NCBI RefSeq assembly: GCF_001194135.2
Contig: NC_068982.1
Span: 2,166,771-2,219,026, forward strand
From: Octopus bimaculoides
Taxonomy: Eukaryota
DNA length: 52,256 bases
Direction: 5' to 3'
Under the pieces are notes generated by a model. The model was not told the DNA's origin. It did not search any database and saw nothing but the letters and a program-made list of their open reading frames with translations. How positions within the stretch are numbered: the first letter of the stretch is position 1; each line of letters begins with the position of its first letter. Shown here piece after piece: positions 51,871-52,256 of the stretch. The translations under genes and the position numbers were made by a program.

Positions 51871-52256
51871 GTTCAGTAGTTTTATTTTTATAACGTGCCT
51901 TCACTTCGCTACCGAGCGCAGCTCTGTGCGCCTTGGGTATGTGCTGTGGTTTGCTGTGGTGCTCTTATGTTTACCGTATTGAAAGTGTTTTGCGTAGGAT
52001 GTGTGCAGTGCCCAGTAGTGCAATTTTCTGTATGTTATATATATTTGTAAGTCCTGGTGTTTTTGTTATGTATTTGTCTGAATATTTTTTTATTACACCT
52101 AAGGCACCTACTATGATAGGAATTGTTTCTGTTTTTAGATTCCACATTCGAGTTACCTCTATTTCCAGGTCTTTGTATTTTGAAAGTTTTTCCATTTCTT
52201 TTAGAGAAACGTTGTCATCTGTTGGTATTGATACATCAATTAGAAAGCATTTTTTG
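51870..52256 (-). mobile_element. R4/Dong-like LINE 3' end (REL C-terminus plus 3'UTR), runs off the window
   Basis: ORF 51971..52195 EKLSKYKDLEIEVTRMWNLKTETIPIIVGALG...LLGTAHILRKTLSIR; the 3'UTR matches 45650-45745. Confidence 0.92.

Overview
AT-rich eukaryotic genomic DNA from a gapped short-read assembly, with nine N-gaps (most inside (TA)n tracts) and one Illumina adapter remnant. The repeat families look like those of octopus; this is an inference from remembered repeats, not a database result. No long intact host ORF is present. The window is mostly decayed mobile DNA: about ten fragments of R4/Dong-type non-LTR retrotransposons with restriction-like endonuclease (REL), mostly abutting (AAT)n; a near-full-length Ty3/Gypsy (Mag-like) element with both LTRs, two SINE insertions carrying TSDs and an internally inverted gag segment; APE-type LINE remnants; three families of tRNA-derived SINEs; a Penelope-like GIY-YIG frame missed by the ORF track; and a Tc1/mariner element with DD36E spacing. 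Between 32.3 and 36.3 kb there are candidate minus-strand exons of an unidentified host gene. A ~530-bp near-perfect hairpin and a decayed tRNA-Thr(UGU)-like sequence lie in its putative intron. I found no evidence of a prokaryote-type system such as CRISPR or an operon.
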